DNA of 64,000 bases from NCBI GenBank assembly GCA_951406725.2, contig OX597830.1, forward strand, positions 16,368,001 through 16,432,000. The letters are read 5' to 3'. Made by a program: the position numbers and the translations under genes. This document shows positions 27,067 through 41,320 of the stretch, piece by piece. Below the pieces are notes generated by a model. The model was not told the origin of the DNA, did not search any database, and was given only the letters and a program-made list of their open reading frames with translations. Origin of the DNA: Octopus vulgaris. Taxonomy: Eukaryota. How positions within the stretch are numbered: the stretch's first letter is position 1; every line of letters begins with the position of its first letter.

Positions 27067-27523
27067 GTTTCTTTATTACCCACAAGGGGCTAAACATAGA
27101 ACAGACTTTCAGTTTCCGTCTACCAATTCCACTCACAAGGCTTTGGTCGGCCTGAGGCTATAGTAGAAGACACTTGTCCAAGGTGCCACGCAGTGGGACT
27201 GAACCCGGAATCATGTGGTTGGTAATCAAGCTACTTACAACACAGCCAAACAAGGATAGACAAACAGATTAAGTCGATAATCTTAAGGCAGCGAGCTGGC
27301 AAAAACGTTAGCACACCGGACAAAATGCTCTGCGGCATTTCGTCCGTTCTGAGTTCAAATTCCGCCGAGGTCGACTTTGCCTTTCATCCTTTCGGGGTCG
27401 ATTAAATAAGTACCAGTTACGCACTGGTGCGGAATTTGAACTCAGAACGCAAAAACGGACGAAATGCCGCAGAGCATTTTGTCCGGTGTGCTAACGTTTT
27501 TGCCAGCTCGCTGCCTTAAGTTC
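27067..27523. mobile_element. Composite SINE insertion (S2 tail, S1 fragment, fold-back S2 heads)
   Basis: Flanked by attcaagcct duplications; absent from the paralogous intron near 40170. Confidence 0.7.
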
Positions 27524-27708
27524 ATTCAAGCCTTATGAGTGAAACTGAGTAGGTGGAAACTGTACGGAAGCCCGCCGGGTGGATTATACCTGTAATTTAA
27601 AGGCCCGACTTCGTTACATATTTGAGACCCTGATTTCGCCCAAAAATCGCGTTAAATGTTCAACGAATCTATGAAATGTTCATCCACTCAACAGACTAAT
27701 CCAACAAG

Positions 27709-27872
27709 TAGGCGCAGGAGTGGCTGTGTGGTAAGTAGCTTGCTAACCAACCACGTGGTTCCGGGTTCAGTCCCACTTCGTGGCATCTTCTGCTATAGCC
27801 CCGGGCCGACCAATGCCTTGTGAGTGGATTTGGAAGACGGAAACTGAAAGAAGCCTGTCGTATATATGTATG

Positions 27873-27923
<51 letters not shown>

Positions 27924-28140
27924 GTGTGTTTGTGTGTTTGTGTTTGTCCCCCTAGCATTGCTTGACAACCGATGCTGGTGTGTTTACGTCCCCGTCACTT
28001 AGCGGTTCGGCAAAAAGAGACCGATAGAATAAGCACTGGGCTTACAAAAGAATAAGTCCCGGGGTCGATTTGTTCGACTAAAGGCGGTGCTCCAGCATGG
28101 CCACAGTCAAATGACTGAAACAAGTAAAAGAGTAAAGAGT
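27709..28140 (+). mobile_element. SINE family S1, full length
   Basis: ggcgcaggagtggctgtgtggtaag head, aagagta tail. Confidence 0.9.
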
Positions 28141-28404
28141 AAACAGTTCAAATCGAAACTAGCTGAGACCCGTTTACTTGACACTTTTGTATTCATTTTC
28201 GTTTTATTTTTCAATTGGATCATATGCTATAGAGCAGGGCAGTCAGACTTACGTCCGTCTCAAATACTTCGTCCAGTTCCATGCTTAATTTTATATGGTT
28301 GCAGGTTCGGCTGTATGGTAAGAACCTTGCTTCCAGTATGGCGTTTGTCGATTGGATTGTTGGTTTTGTTTGTTACTCTCTCTCTCTCTCTTTCTTTATT
28401 TGTT

Positions 28405-28855
<451 letters not shown>

Positions 28856-28990
28856 GGCAGCACAGTGTGCGTTATGGAGTCAGCTTGACAGCAAAGCCAC
28901 CTTCTCTACGACTTTAGGTCACTGGATGTAGATATAGTGGCCATCGATGAGACCAGAGTTTCCGATTCTCGAGCTCCCATACCCATTCTC
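28856..28990 (+). mobile_element. LINE APE-endonuclease N-terminal fragment
   Basis: QSHLLYDFRSLDVDIVAIDETR resembles the xDIxxxxET motif of L1/Tx1-type endonucleases. Confidence 0.5.
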
Positions 28991-31336
28991 GGTGTTACTG
29001 CTGCCTCTCCAAACATAAACTTTCTCAGTTACATCATTCAGCCACAGATTTCTGATATTGTCAGTTATGTTGAAACCAGGCAATTACCAACCAACCTATC
29101 CAATGTCCAGACACTTCAACATGTAAAGACCTTTTAAGAATAAAATCAATCACAATAATGAAGAGGAAATGAAATAAAATGCTGCTTTATCCGATGATAT
29201 TTCAGTCATTTTATTGGTTGATTTTAGACCGCAGCCTAAGTTTTATATTGTGATATAAGTATGTTGGTTAAAACACAAAGGAATTCTCTTCTAACTAAAT
29301 ATTTCCTGCTTGGACAAGTATTGAATATTATCAAAGGACATTTTCTTGAGTTAGTACCATTAATGATTATTTTCCTTTGATCAGCTATGTTAGGCAACAT
29401 AAAATCTATTATTCCAAGCTTATTTATTTTTCGCAGATACAAAACTCTCACTAGAATCCAAAATGTATTGTTTTTTATTACAGTTAAATGACTGTTTGGT
29501 AAAATCTGTAAATAAAAACTTCTTCAGAAGACGCCCTCACTGAATGTGTAAAACGGTCAACAAGAAACTCATCATGAGAGAGTTCGGTCATCATGAGATA
29601 GCTCGATTTGCTAGTAATAACAGCCAAATATCCTTGAATTGCACCCTATCGTCTTTAAACAACGGAAACATTGACAAAGTAGTCTTTGATGTACAAAATG
29701 TCGAGATAATCACGTCTGGAATGCTTTTTATCATATATCAAATGTCCCTTGTCACCTTCATGAGGTTCAACCAGATGCTATTAACCTTCACCCTTTGTCC
29801 CAATGTCTCCCTCGTTCTTCTTCGGTCGTAGATTCCTTCTACTTGGCTCACTTAACACTTCTTTATCCAGTTCTCAACATTCATACAGACGCATCACAAA
29901 TCCCTACCAGCTTAGTCTTATTTCTTAAGCACAATAACTGATGGTTCTTCAACTTAGTCTTTATTTCGGTTCGTTTATGTTTCATAAAATAATCCTGACT
30001 AAAATGTTCCTAAAATAATCTTCACTAAAACCCTGAAGCCCTTCATTATCCCTGTTGATCCCTAATTAGTTATGTTTGTATCATCAGGTATGAAACAGCA
30101 GGAACAGTTTAGAAATCTATTTCCGTTAATTTCAAAGTGGAAACGCAATTTTCAAAACTAGTTTGGTCTTTCAGATTAGGAATTATAATTTCTCATTAGA
30201 GAAAGATCTAGAAAATTGCGTATTTAAACACATTACTGTTCTCCAACTTCTAGTCAGACCTAATCGGTCGGGTCTTTGGTTAGATGCCTTCTAACCATAA
30301 CCATCCGGGGTTTCATAAATAGTTGAAGAAATTATTTTTAACATACATTATATTGAACTTTCAATAGCGTTTTTTTTATTACTTTGTAATATAAATGTTT
30401 CTTGTCAAAAATATTCATTGCTATATCAATATTTTCGTCTTTGCCAGTCATTTACTCCTTGACATCTTGCTGAATGAGGGAGCTGTTCCTGAGATGTTGG
30501 TGTAAGATTTTTTTTACCCTCATGCCTGATCTGCTCTTGTTAGACAGACATGATCAAAGACATTCTAATCCTGTCCATTTCGTTACTTTGTATATCCGAA
30601 AATACATTGTTGAATGTGTCCTTCATTTTTTAAGGTGGTACGATGTGCTTTGATGGAAGTTTGGCAGTTATTTCTTGTAAGGCAAGTAACCAAATACAGA
30701 ATAATTGCGCTATGCTGTTTAAGTAGTGTTCTAACATGTATATAAATATGGCTGGCTTTTTCGTTAGTAATTGTGGAAATAGTAGCAGGGTTTATGAGGT
30801 TGGTGCTTTTTACAATAACAAACTGACTTCATTTTCCCTGTAGTTTTCTGTTGCGATATCAGCCCCTCTTAATCTTCTATGATTTGTCAACATAGTTCTC
30901 AGGGAACAAGGCTGGCCCTTTGAAATACAGGTACTACTCATTTTTGCCAGCTGAGTGAACTGGGGCAACGTAAGATAGAGTGTCTTGCTGAAGGTTACAA
31001 TGTGTCGCCGGGAATTGAACTCACGACCTTGCAATCGTGAACCGAATGCCCTAACCACAAAGTCATGCTCCTTCACACGACTTGTATAATATACATAACT
31101 TTACGTCATTAAGATTATACACGAATATGGAAGTATTTGTTGTTGAACAGAAACAAAAGCAGCGGCAACAGAGACTTGGAACCAGCTTTCTGCCAGATGC
31201 TGGAAGGACAGGTCACCGTATGAGGACCTTCCTCTTGACAGCTTTACAGCGCACCAAACAGCGCACTGGGTTGACGCTCCAACTACATGATGAAACCCTT
31301 CAGCCAGGTTTCACCATTGCTTTTCAGCCATATCCA

Positions 31337-31664
31337 ATGGCTAACTGGCTGGCTGGCTGGCTGGTTGGTTGACTGGCTGGCTGGCTGGTTGGCTAGCTGG
31401 CTGGCTGGCTGGCTGGATGGCTGGATGGTTGGCTGGCTGGTTGGCTGGCTGGCTGGTTGCTGGCTGGCTGGCTGGCTGGCTAGCTGGGTGGCTGGCTGGT
31501 TGGCTGGCTGGTTGGCTGGCTGGCTGGTTAGCTGGCTGGCTCGCTGGTTGGCTCGCTGGCTAGCTGGCTGGCTGGCTGGTTGGCTGGCTGGCTGGCTAGC
31601 TGGTTGGCTAGCTGGCAGGCTGGCAGGCTGGATAGCTTGCTGGCTGGCTGGTTGGCTGGCTGGT

Positions 31665-31695
<31 letters not shown>

Positions 31696-31752
31696 TTGGC
31701 TAGCTGACTGGCTGGCCGGCTGGCCGGCTGGCTGGCTAGCTGGCTGGCTGGT
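31337..31752. repeat. (TGGC)n tetranucleotide repeat
   Basis: Directly visible. Confidence 0.95.
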
Positions 31753-32380
31753 GCACTCAACTGTCGCCTGGACCTCCGTCGAGATGGTGTTTGCTTGTCG
31801 GTGTTGGGTTTTGGACACCAACTGATAGCAGTCACCGTCTCAGTCTGGTCCAAGGAAAACCCCTGTATTCAACTTATTCAAAAAAGTGTACTGCACCCCA
31901 ATAAACATCTATATAGTCTTCCTGTAGCGTTTCGTAACACTCGTCTTTCCTGACCACAGCTTGCTCGTGACATTAACGTGCAAGAAGCGGAAATATAGTT
32001 ATAGCAAATATTCTGCTCAGTCCCACAGATTTGCTTGTCAGTTGTTTGACCTTAACCACTTGAGCATGTCCCTTGGTGATTGACGATATGTGCATCTCTG
32101 ATCACGAGCAGAAGTTGTGAGGGAGGAGCATTATAGCCATGTGTTGAGAGGGATTCTTTGGGGTTTGAATAAACGTGACAAAAACAAAATTTGAAGGAAA
32201 TATTAGTCATTTTTCATACTTTCTTGAAATAAGCGAATAGGAAGTAACTGTTGCTACCCCAAAGACAGAAATCGTGTTACACAGTGTTATCTTATGCTCC
32301 TTACACCATATCGTCTCATATCCGGCTTCTTCTTGAAATGAGTCGATACACCAGAGTTCCAATTAATTATAACTGGAAAT

Positions 32381-32800
32381 AAGGCGGCGAGCTGGCAGAA
32401 ACGTTAGCACGCCGGGCGAAATGCGTAGATGTATTTCGTCTGCCGTTACGTTCTGAGTTCAAATTCCGCCGAGGTCGGCTTTGCCTTTCATCCTTTCGGG
32501 GTCGATAAATCAAGTACCAGTTACGCACTGGGGTCGATATAATCGACTTAATCCCTTTGTCTGTCCTTCTTTGTCATCTCTGTGTTTAGCCCCTTGTGGG
32601 TAGTAAAAAAAATAGGTATTTCGTCTATTGCTACGTTCTGAGTTCAAATTCCGCCAAGGTCGACTTTGCCTTTCATTCTTCCGGGGTCGATAAAATAAGT
32701 ACCAGTTACGCACTGGGGTCGATGTAATCGACTTAATCCCTTTGTCTGTCTTTGTTTGTCCCCTCTATGTTTAGCCCCATGTGAGCAATAAAGAAATATA
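32381..32800 (+). mobile_element. S2 SINE with tandemly repeated 3' part
   Basis: Full head then second partial copy; ataactggaaataag flanks both sides. Confidence 0.85.
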
Positions 32801-33111
32801 TAACTGGAAATAAGTAGTAATGGGGTGAAGGGTAGTCTGAATTTTAGCAGATAGTGTGACGTAGAAAGGGCACAACAGTTTGAATATGCAAGTGGATAGC
32901 GGTAGCGAGTTAATCTTAATATTCTAAGTAACTTTCAAATACTTATTAGTAAACCAGAACGTCTTGAAAGCCATCAGCAACTTCGCTAATTTTATGGTTC
33001 GACAGTGAAGCCATTAGACTTTTTTTTTAATTTTCTTGGAACAGGTTACCGTTTTCATTTATAACTGTGGTCGTCGTAGATTTCATAAAAATTACGGTCT
33101 TGTTGAAACTA

Positions 33112-33146
<35 letters not shown>

Positions 33147-33147
33147 T

Positions 33148-33355
33148 TTCTCTGTTTTACTTGTTTCAGTCATTTGACTGCGGCCATGCTGGAGCACCGC
33201 CTTTAATCGAGCAACTCGAGCCCGGGACTTAGTCTTTGTAAGCCCAGTACTTATTCTATCGGTCTCTTTGCCGAACCGCTAAGTGACGGGGACGTAAACA
33301 CACTAGCATCGGTTGTCAAGCAATGCTAGGGGGACAAACACAGACACACAAACAC

Positions 33356-33428
<73 letters not shown>

Positions 33429-33571
33429 TACGACAGGCTTCTTTCAGTTTCCGTCTACCAAATCCACTCACAAGGCATTGGTCACTTGCCCAAGATGCCA
33501 CGCAGTGGGACTGAACCCGAAACCATGTGGTTGGTTAGCAAGCTACTTACCACACAGCCACTCCTGCGCCT
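33148..33571 (-). mobile_element. SINE family S1 inserted in a (TG)n tract
   Basis: Paralogous intron at 19440-19462 has the uninterrupted (TG)n. Confidence 0.9.
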
Positions 33572-33934
33572 GTGTGTGTGTGTAAAATATTAATAGCACA
33601 AGACAAATGAATTCTGTTGTGCCTTAAGGCCGAAGATACTGATGAGCTTAATCTTTATAAACTGTTTTAATGAAATGTGTTAGCAATTCATGAAGGACTT
33701 CACATCTATACAGTGTCAATATTTATGCAGTGTCCACAGCCACACAATAAGATTAACACAGTCTGAGAATAAAGCAGTAATAGCAACAAGGCACACACGG
33801 GTTCGATATCAATACACAGCTACCCTTTGGTGGTAATGAATGGAGTGCAGGTATTTCATCTGATCATTATACCTTCTTACACCTGTTATTAAGTATATCT
33901 TATGTTTTACTCTGTCTTTGTTTTGATATTTCAG

Positions 33935-34028
33935 CTCCCTGCAACGAGTACAAAAGGTCGGCAAATTCAGAATTCCCTGCATGTGAAGAGGATGGATCGT
34001 ACTCCCGGGTGCAGTGTACAGGCGCGAT
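33935..34028 (+). CDS. Gene A coding exon 5: TY domain 3, N-half (APCNEYKRSANSEFPACEEDGSYSRVQCTGAI)
   Basis: tttcag acceptor, AT|gtaagc donor, 94 nt, phase 1 to 2; paralog of exon 2. Confidence 0.9.
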
Positions 34029-34183
34029 GTAAGCAACATAAGTACAGTACTTGTAATATATTAGACCCATATATATTTTGTGTGTGTGTGTATACATATT
34101 TGGTACGAAACCAAAGAAAATATCGTTTAACATGGAGGACTTATTGGCCTCCACGGTGCAGTTATAACAGCAGCAACAACAAG

Positions 34184-34556
34184 TGGAGGCGCAATGGCCC
34201 ATTGGTTAGACCAGCGGACTCGCGGTCGGAGGATCGCGGTTTCGATTCCCAGACCGGGCGTTGTTTGTGTTTATTGAGCGAAAACAACTAAAAGCTCCAC
34301 GAGGCTCCGGCAGGGGGTGGTGGCGACCCCTGTTGTACTCTTTCGCTCCAACTTTCTCTCACTCTTTCTTCCTGTTACTTGTCCCCGACTTCCTACGCAA
34401 CCGCTGAGCCTGGATGCGCATTCATCCATCCGTCGATGCTCTCGGTGTCGGGGGTTGACCTGCTTTCTCTTCTGCGGGTCTTACGAATAGCAAAGGACCA
34501 CGTTTCGGACTTTTCCCATCTTGCGAGCTCTTGGACGAAGACCGTTCGCTCAACAG
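34184..34556 (+). mobile_element. SINE family S3, tail type B
   Basis: S3 head plus gtccccgacttcctacgcaaccg tail, in a CAA/CAG tract. Confidence 0.88.
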
Positions 34557-34893
34557 CAACAGCAGCAACAACAACAGCATCCACAATCGCAACAACAGCA
34601 ATTACAACTGCGACTACAACAGCAACGTCAACAGCAACAACAAAACCAAGAGTTCCTGGAATTAGTATTGAAGGAATATGAAAATACTTAGGATTCTTTC
34701 TCGCCAGACAGCGTAGCAAATTCAGTTGAAGAATTTAGTTATAAGCCAGTATAAAGGATTATTTTCTCTGCATATTTTCGAAAATACGAAGAAATCTTCA
34801 AAGAAAATGTAAAAATTGATCTGACGAGAAAAAAAGTACGACTACTTTTAAGATAGTTATTCCTCGCCATACATGAAAAATATGGTAACCAGG

Positions 34894-35117
34894 TGAGCTG
34901 GCAGAAACGTTAGCACGCCGGGCGAAATGCGTGGCCGTATTTCGTCTGCCGTTACGTTCTGAGTTCAAATTCCGCCGAGGTCGACTTTGCCTTTCATCCT
35001 TTCGGGGTCGATAAATTAAGTACCAGTTGCGCACTGGGGTCGATGTAATCGACTTAATCCCTTTGTCTGTCCTTGTTTGTCCTCTCTATGTTTAGCCCCT
35101 TGTGGGTAGTAAAGAAA
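34894..35117 (+). mobile_element. SINE family S2
   Basis: Flanked by atatggtaaccaggtgag duplication. Confidence 0.88.
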
Positions 35118-35149
35118 TATATGGTAACCAGGTGAGATTTATTTCGATG

Positions 35150-35810
35150 AAACAATTTTTTATCGAAAATTTTCAGTGAAAGAAGTTTTCTGTTCATTAA
35201 ACGCTGACAATGTTTAAATTTGGTCAAAAAAGACGATGAAGATTTCGTCGCCTATGCTGGGGTTGTTAACATAGATTGTGAAAATTTCAAATTTAAATTA
35301 ATTAATCCCGGACAACTGAAAATGTCTAATTTTAGTTCAATGGCTCACTGCGAGCAAAAATGCAGACATACGTTCCCGGATATCATCAAAACTAGAACAA
35401 GACCAAAACCTAACTCTACAGGCAGTAGCAGAAGAATGCCAGAGGATTATAACATGACGCAGATAAAATTGAAAAAAAGATTGCTGTCGTATTCATGCGT
35501 ATCGACCGGTAACAGATAAGAAAAAGTAAAAATGTCAAAACCGAATCCACTTTCATGAGAGCGGTGATCTACATTTCAAAAGTAACTGTCCGTTTAAAAA
35601 AATAAAATGCTTCGAGTGTGATAAGATAGGTCATAAAAAAGCTGTAAAACAAAACCTGGGAAACGGTTCCACCGAAAAGATTACAAAAACAGGGAATCGG
35701 TGAAAAGAAATACGAACGAGCCTCATAGGAAATTTGTGTATGTAAAAATTAATGAAACAAGCATAAAGTTACAATTGGATACGGGCAGTGATATCTCGAT
35801 AATTAATTAA
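35150..35810 (+). mobile_element. Gypsy-type LTR retrotransposon gag/protease remnant
   Basis: EDFVAYAGVVNIDCENFK; zinc knuckle CFECDKIGHK; aspartic protease LQLDTGSDISII; frameshifted. Confidence 0.75.
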
Positions 35811-37015
35811 TTAAAATAATTTAATTCTCAAAGGGGAAGAAGTTAAGGAAGACTAACTCTAAAAAGGCGAAATTACGTGGAAGAATCCTGACCACCTCCA
35901 AGTGACTAAAAGTGGACTGACACATTACTATAAAATAAAATTTGAACTCAGAATGTTAAGAAGAAACTCCTCTAAGCATTTTGTTCGGCTCACTAAGAAT
36001 TCTGCCAACTCGCCACTTAGGAAACGTATAAATAATGGCACATAAATGAAAGCAAATAAATGCCTTGACCATGAAGTAGATGAGGATTAGTCGAAGGTCA
36101 GAGAAGCGCCTGAGTTCACCTGACGAAGGAAAGAATCAAAGCTAATGATATCAATATCAGTTCAATAAACTTATTTCAGTTCAGCTTTCATGGATAAAAA
36201 CCAAGACAGAAAACATTTATAAAGTTTGATGACGGTGCCACGTACTAGGATTGAACCCAAAACCACATGGTTGCAAAGTAAGCCACCTATCGACACAGCC
36301 ATGGCAGCACCAACACACCTACATGTGTATAGGTATACATATGTATAGGCACACATACGTATATGTATACATGTTCGTAAATGCTTGGAAATGCAACGTT
36401 GTATTGCTGAAGCTATAAGGATGCGGTTTCAAATACTGGGAAGTACATACCTCATCATTGATGACAAACTGGACAACTAATTCCGTTGTCCAGTTTAGTA
36501 AAGAATCTGCGTGCTCATTCAACCTGCTAAAAATAGCAACCAAAATTCCCTCAAATCACCCCCCTTTTTTAAGAAACATTCAGCGACGTGCTTTTAGATA
36601 TCTAAAAAGACTGTTTTTTTTATTTCTTTATTGCCCGCAGGAAGCTAAGCATAGAGGGGACAAACAGGGACAGTCAAAGGGTTTAAGTCGATTACATCAA
36701 CCCCAGCGTCTAACTGGTACTTATTTAATCGACCCCGAAAGGATGAAAGGCAAAGTCGACCTCGGCGGATCAGAGAGATCTGCCTGATCAAGGCTGACCT
36801 GGGACAAAACAATAACTACTTATTCGATTTACGCTTTTCAATAAATGTTGTCAACTCACGAAATTAAGGTCTTATTTATAAATGAAACACTCACATCTTA
36901 GAAAGGTTTGTATCCTAAAAAGAAAACTTTTTTCTTCATTTAGTATATCCTCGCTCTAAAGCTGCTTGCATGTTTTAAGAGGTGAGTAATATAACATTTT
37001 TACCTTCTCTACCAG

Positions 37016-37095
37016 CTGCTTCTGTTATACATCCTCTGGAGAAATGATCTACAACATCTATGTCAAGAAGACACAAGTGGAAAGCATGAATTGCA
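37016..37095 (+). CDS. Gene A coding exon 6: TY domain 3, C-half (CFCYTSSGEMIYNIYVKKTQVESMNC)
   Basis: ccttctctaccag acceptor, A|gtaagt donor, 80 nt, phase 2 to 1; paralog of exon 3. Confidence 0.9.
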
Positions 37096-37271
37096 GTAAG
37101 TAGATTTTAAGGCAATTATCTAAGAAATATAGAAATAAAGGCCTGTGTTTCCTTCCTTAATGAAATTTCATATTTACATCCAGCTTCATATTTTACGTCC
37201 TGAATACGAAGTCTTCTCTGATATTGAAACGTTAGTCTATTTAATCACTGAACATCACTTTATCATTATAC

Positions 37272-37695
37272 ACAGTCGAACCAATTCTACTATATGGCTC
37301 AAAAACCTGGACGTTATCAAAGAAGCTTGAGAGGCGGTTGGATGGAACTTACACTCGCCTCCTTATGAGAGCTTAAAATCTATCATGGAAGCGTCATCCA
37401 ACCAAAATGCAAATATATGGGAAACTACCAACTGTGTCATCTCTTGTGAAAGGTAGGAGAGTCCAGTTTGCTGGACATTGTTGTAGAGCTGAAAACGAGG
37501 TAATTTCTACTCTTCTCTTCTGGAAGCCATCTGCTCGCGATACCAGAGGGCGCACACTCTCCTACCCTGATGTAATCTCCAGGGATACAGGTATCCAGCA
37601 ACAGGATCTCCATAATGCTATGATGGACCGTGAAGTCTGGCGTAACATAGTAAATTCCATTGTCTCGAACACGGTCGAACAATGATGATGATGAT
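37272..37695 (+). mobile_element. 5'-truncated RTE-type LINE 3' end
   Basis: LDGTYTRLL..SWKRHPTKMQIYG..RRVQFAGHC..MMDREVWR; (GAT)n tail. Confidence 0.8.
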
Positions 37696-38452
37696 TATAC
37701 AAGAAATTAGGAAGCCTCTTTTTGGTTACTTGACCAAATGCAAATAGCCAAATTGTCCTCCTTACCACATAAAAACAGGAAACATAGGATAATGCTGTAC
37801 TTGATGTACTCGTAAAAGGGTAGACGATTACCGCTAGAATGCCTTTGATCCCAAGCCGGTTCCAGCAGGGTTGACCTGGGGCTAAGCAACAACACACGTA
37901 TACACAGACCGAGCTAACTAGAAAGCCTCTGCTAAAAATAACAACCAAATACCCCTTAAATTACTCCTTACTGCCTTAAATAAAAAATGAGACATTGGTA
38001 ATCTTCCATACCGTAAAAAGACGGGGTGGTTACAGCTGGAACGCTTTTCAACAAAGATTCGTCCCATCAGTATTGAAGTTGGACTAAATCACAGCAGATA
38101 TTATAGTTAAAGGATTAATTCAAATCCAAGTAGATGTGCTGTGATTTGTATATGACTTAGTCAGGTTAAAGAAACTGTGATTATCGTCTTTGCAGATCCA
38201 CGAGGACTTATGAGATCATAAATATATATCATGGCAAAGTATATTCTTTGCCATAATCATAATTATTTGATACTAATCACTAGGCATGGTTATATAGTTA
38301 AGAAGTTCGCTATAAAGCCTTGGTTCCACTGCATGACACTTTGGGAAAGTGTCTTCAGTCGTAGACTCAAGTCAACCAATAAGTTTTAGTTAAAAACCCG
38401 AGTTAACAGGAATTCCATGATCACGAAGTTGCACTGCAATTTTTATTTATTA

Positions 38453-38889
38453 TCTCTCTATATAAACGGCAGTTTATCTGTCTGTGTGTCTGTGTGTCTG
38501 TCAGGTTGTACCCTCACCCTGACCACGGCTTTCAACCGATTATGATGAAACTTGACACACACATAGCCCAACGTCATAATTCAAAACTAACGCAGCGAAA
38601 ATTTTGAAAAGTTCCCCCAGTTCTGAAAAAAATCGATAAATTCGACATGGGGTCGAGAATCTAAGCTTTTTATATGCAACACATTTTCTGTCTAGGGGAC
38701 ACAACTCGACCATTTTATCGCCCAAAGGACAGCTAGGAACATCGTATACACAGAAGTATTCGAGTGAAGAGAAGACATTGCAACCTACACATGCGCCTTC
38801 GTTCCCTAGAGGGAAAGGACTAGATTGGGATTAGTCGTTGCCTACTAGGGGCTCTTACATACCCGGGCAACGCCGGGCTATGCTGCTAG
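38453..38889 (+). mobile_element. Non-autonomous Helitron
   Basis: 5' TC, subterminal hairpin cccgggcaacgccggg, 3' CTAG, A|T insertion. Confidence 0.8.
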
Positions 38890-39067
38890 TCTTACAATAA
38901 ATCTATGCAGTATGTTTATTGTTTAGATCCACGTTCAACAGCTTATCCATGCTAAGTAAATATCTGCCTCAATTATGTTTGTTAATGTATCAATCATTGT
39001 TTCTATTGGGAAAAAATTATACTTTCTACTGATGACGCTCAAAGAAACAGAAATCTAGATTAAGCAA

Positions 39068-39459
39068 GGGTCTTTTCGGTTTGACCGGCAGTTTTTGCTA
39101 GCAGTGTCATATGAAATTGTCACCCATAATTATGACCCTAGTATCGATCTATTGCATTTCAATCTGTTTTAGGGTTAGGGTTAGGGGTGGGGAAGGGTAT
39201 CTTTTTTTTTCTTCACAAATGTAAATAAATCCAATCTGTTTCTTAAACGAGGGACATATTCATACGGTACAGAATGTTTTTTACCGCAATAGACGTCAGT
39301 GATTGGTTGAAATTGCAGAAATTGAAGAAAAAAGACAACAAATATCTTACAAACTATAGAATTTTCTCAATAAAGCCAAGAGAAAAAGATGTTTTATAAA
39401 CACATTCTACCAGTAGTTTAAATTTTTTTAGTTACCTAGAAATTATGTGAAAAACTGGC
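39068..39459. mobile_element. GGATC-TIR MITE, right end truncated
   Basis: Body matches the family, including ttagggttagggttaggg. Confidence 0.85.
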
Positions 39460-39668
39460 ACTGCTAAGCACTTTTCCTCCGCTACTATGCTTTTTAGAAC
39501 TGTATGCCTATACGTGATACTGTCTCGAGATGAATACTTCAGTTATATGGCTTTCTACAGTTTACACACGTTGAGTAAGGAATACAGATTGTTATTTTGA
39601 ATTAATACTGCTTCCGTTGCTAATAACTAATATTTATTTATTTATTCATTTATTTATTTATTTTCAAG

Positions 39669-39853
39669 ACTGTGCTGTTGACAAAAAAGAAACAAAAAAA
39701 AGAGGAGATTTTTCAAAGAGATTTCGGTGTGAAAAAAACGGCAATTATAAGAAAATTCAATGTCATAAATACAAATGTTATTGCGTAAATAAATTGGGAG
39801 TTCAGGTGTCAGGTACAGTGCCTAAGGCAAAGATCAATTCACTTAAATGCTAA
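39669..39853 (+). CDS. Gene A coding exon 7: TY domain 4 with RGDF, ending in TAA
   Basis: ttttcaag acceptor, phase 1; CAVDKKETKKRGDFSKRFRCEKNGNYKKIQCHKYKCYCVNKLG...LKC*; donor G|gtaagt 1 nt after the stop. Confidence 0.93.
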
Positions 39854-40233
39854 GGTAAGTAGAATGGTTACGTTTACTAAAATCTAAACTTCAGAGGTGA
39901 TTTGGCTATGTCGCTGAGTTACTGCGAATGTTTTAAGGAATTTCTAGCCAGGTAGGTATTTCATTTAAAGTGTTCGGAAATGCATTTGATTGACAAGTAA
40001 CTTGAGATTGTACATTAAAACTGAAAATGCAACAGTCTGGGGGAAACCATAACGGCCATTTAAGACATGGCCTAGTGATTATGAAGATTGTTTCAGAATC
40101 CTACGCTCTCAGGTTCGAACACTCTGCGCGGAATCGTGAGAAAGTTACTTTTACTTTAGCTTCTGGTCTATTCAAACTTTGTAAGTGAAATTGAGTAGGT
40201 GGAAACTGCGTGGAAGCCCGTAGGGTGGATTAT

Positions 40234-40540
40234 TTTATTTTTATTTTTGCGCCCTTTTTCAAGCCTAGCCAGGTTCATGGGCCCGGTTTCCCGGTTTCTG
40301 TGGCGTATGTGTTCCACCCTAGCTGGACGGGACGCCAGTCCATCGCAGCGCTACTCAAGAAACAGGGAGAGAGAGTGAGAGAAAGTTGTGGCAAAAGAGT
40401 ACAACAGGGGTCGCCACCACCCCCTGCCGGAGCCTCGTGGAGCTTTTAGGTGTTTTCGCTCAAAAAACACATACAACGCCCGGTCCGGGAATCGAAACCG
40501 CGAGTCCGCTGCCCTAACCACTGGGCCATTGCGCCTTCAC
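40234..40540 (-). mobile_element. SINE family S3, tail type C
   Basis: TSD agggtggattat; empty site in paralogous intron near 27578. Confidence 0.9.
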
Positions 40541-40839
40541 AGGGTGGATTATACCTGTAATTTAAAGACCCAACTTTGTTACATATTTTGAGACGCTGAT
40601 TCCGTCCAAGAATCAGGTTAAATATTCAACGAATCTATGAAATGTTCATCCACTTAAAGGACTAATTCAATGAACAGATTTGATCTTGAGCAGCTAAGAT
40701 GAAGCCTTCACTCTTTGCCTTCAGCACTGAGCTTCGTAGCCACTGACGGCCGTAGTTATGTTCAACATCAGCTTCTTTGCTACAGGCCACGTATTTGCCA
40801 TGCAGAGGAGGTTTCTGTTTCCACCTACCAGCCAATTAC

Positions 40840-41109
40840 CCTTTTACTCTTTTACTTGTTTCAGTCATTTGACTGCGGCCATGCTGGAGCACCGCCTTTA
40901 GTCGAGAAAATTTGGCCCCCAGGACTGATTCTTTGTAAGCCTAGTTCTTATTCTACTTATTCTATCTCTTTTGCCGAACCGCTAAGTTACGGGGACGTAA
41001 ACTCACCACCATCGGTTGTCAAGCGATGTTGGGGGACAAACACAGACACACAAGCATACACACACACACACATACACACACACACACATACACACACACA
41101 TACACACAC

Positions 41110-41157
<48 letters not shown>

Positions 41158-41320
41158 GACGGGCGTCTTTCAGGTTCCGTCTACCAAATCCACTCAAAAG
41201 GCTTTGGTCGGCCCGAGGCTATAGTAGAAGACACTTGCCCAGGGTGCCACGCAGCGGGACTGAACCTGGAACCATGTGGTTCCTAAGGAAGGTACTTACC
41301 ACACAGCCACTTCTACGCCT
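40840..41320 (-). mobile_element. SINE family S1
   Basis: Family blocks. Confidence 0.85.

Noticed and set aside
29236-29451. Minus-strand ORF repeated at 61503-61787
   Set aside because: Similarity comes from duplicated intron DNA; no recognisable domain or splice signals
39028-39060. CTGATGA...GAAAC hammerhead-like string
   Set aside because: Stems II and III cannot form
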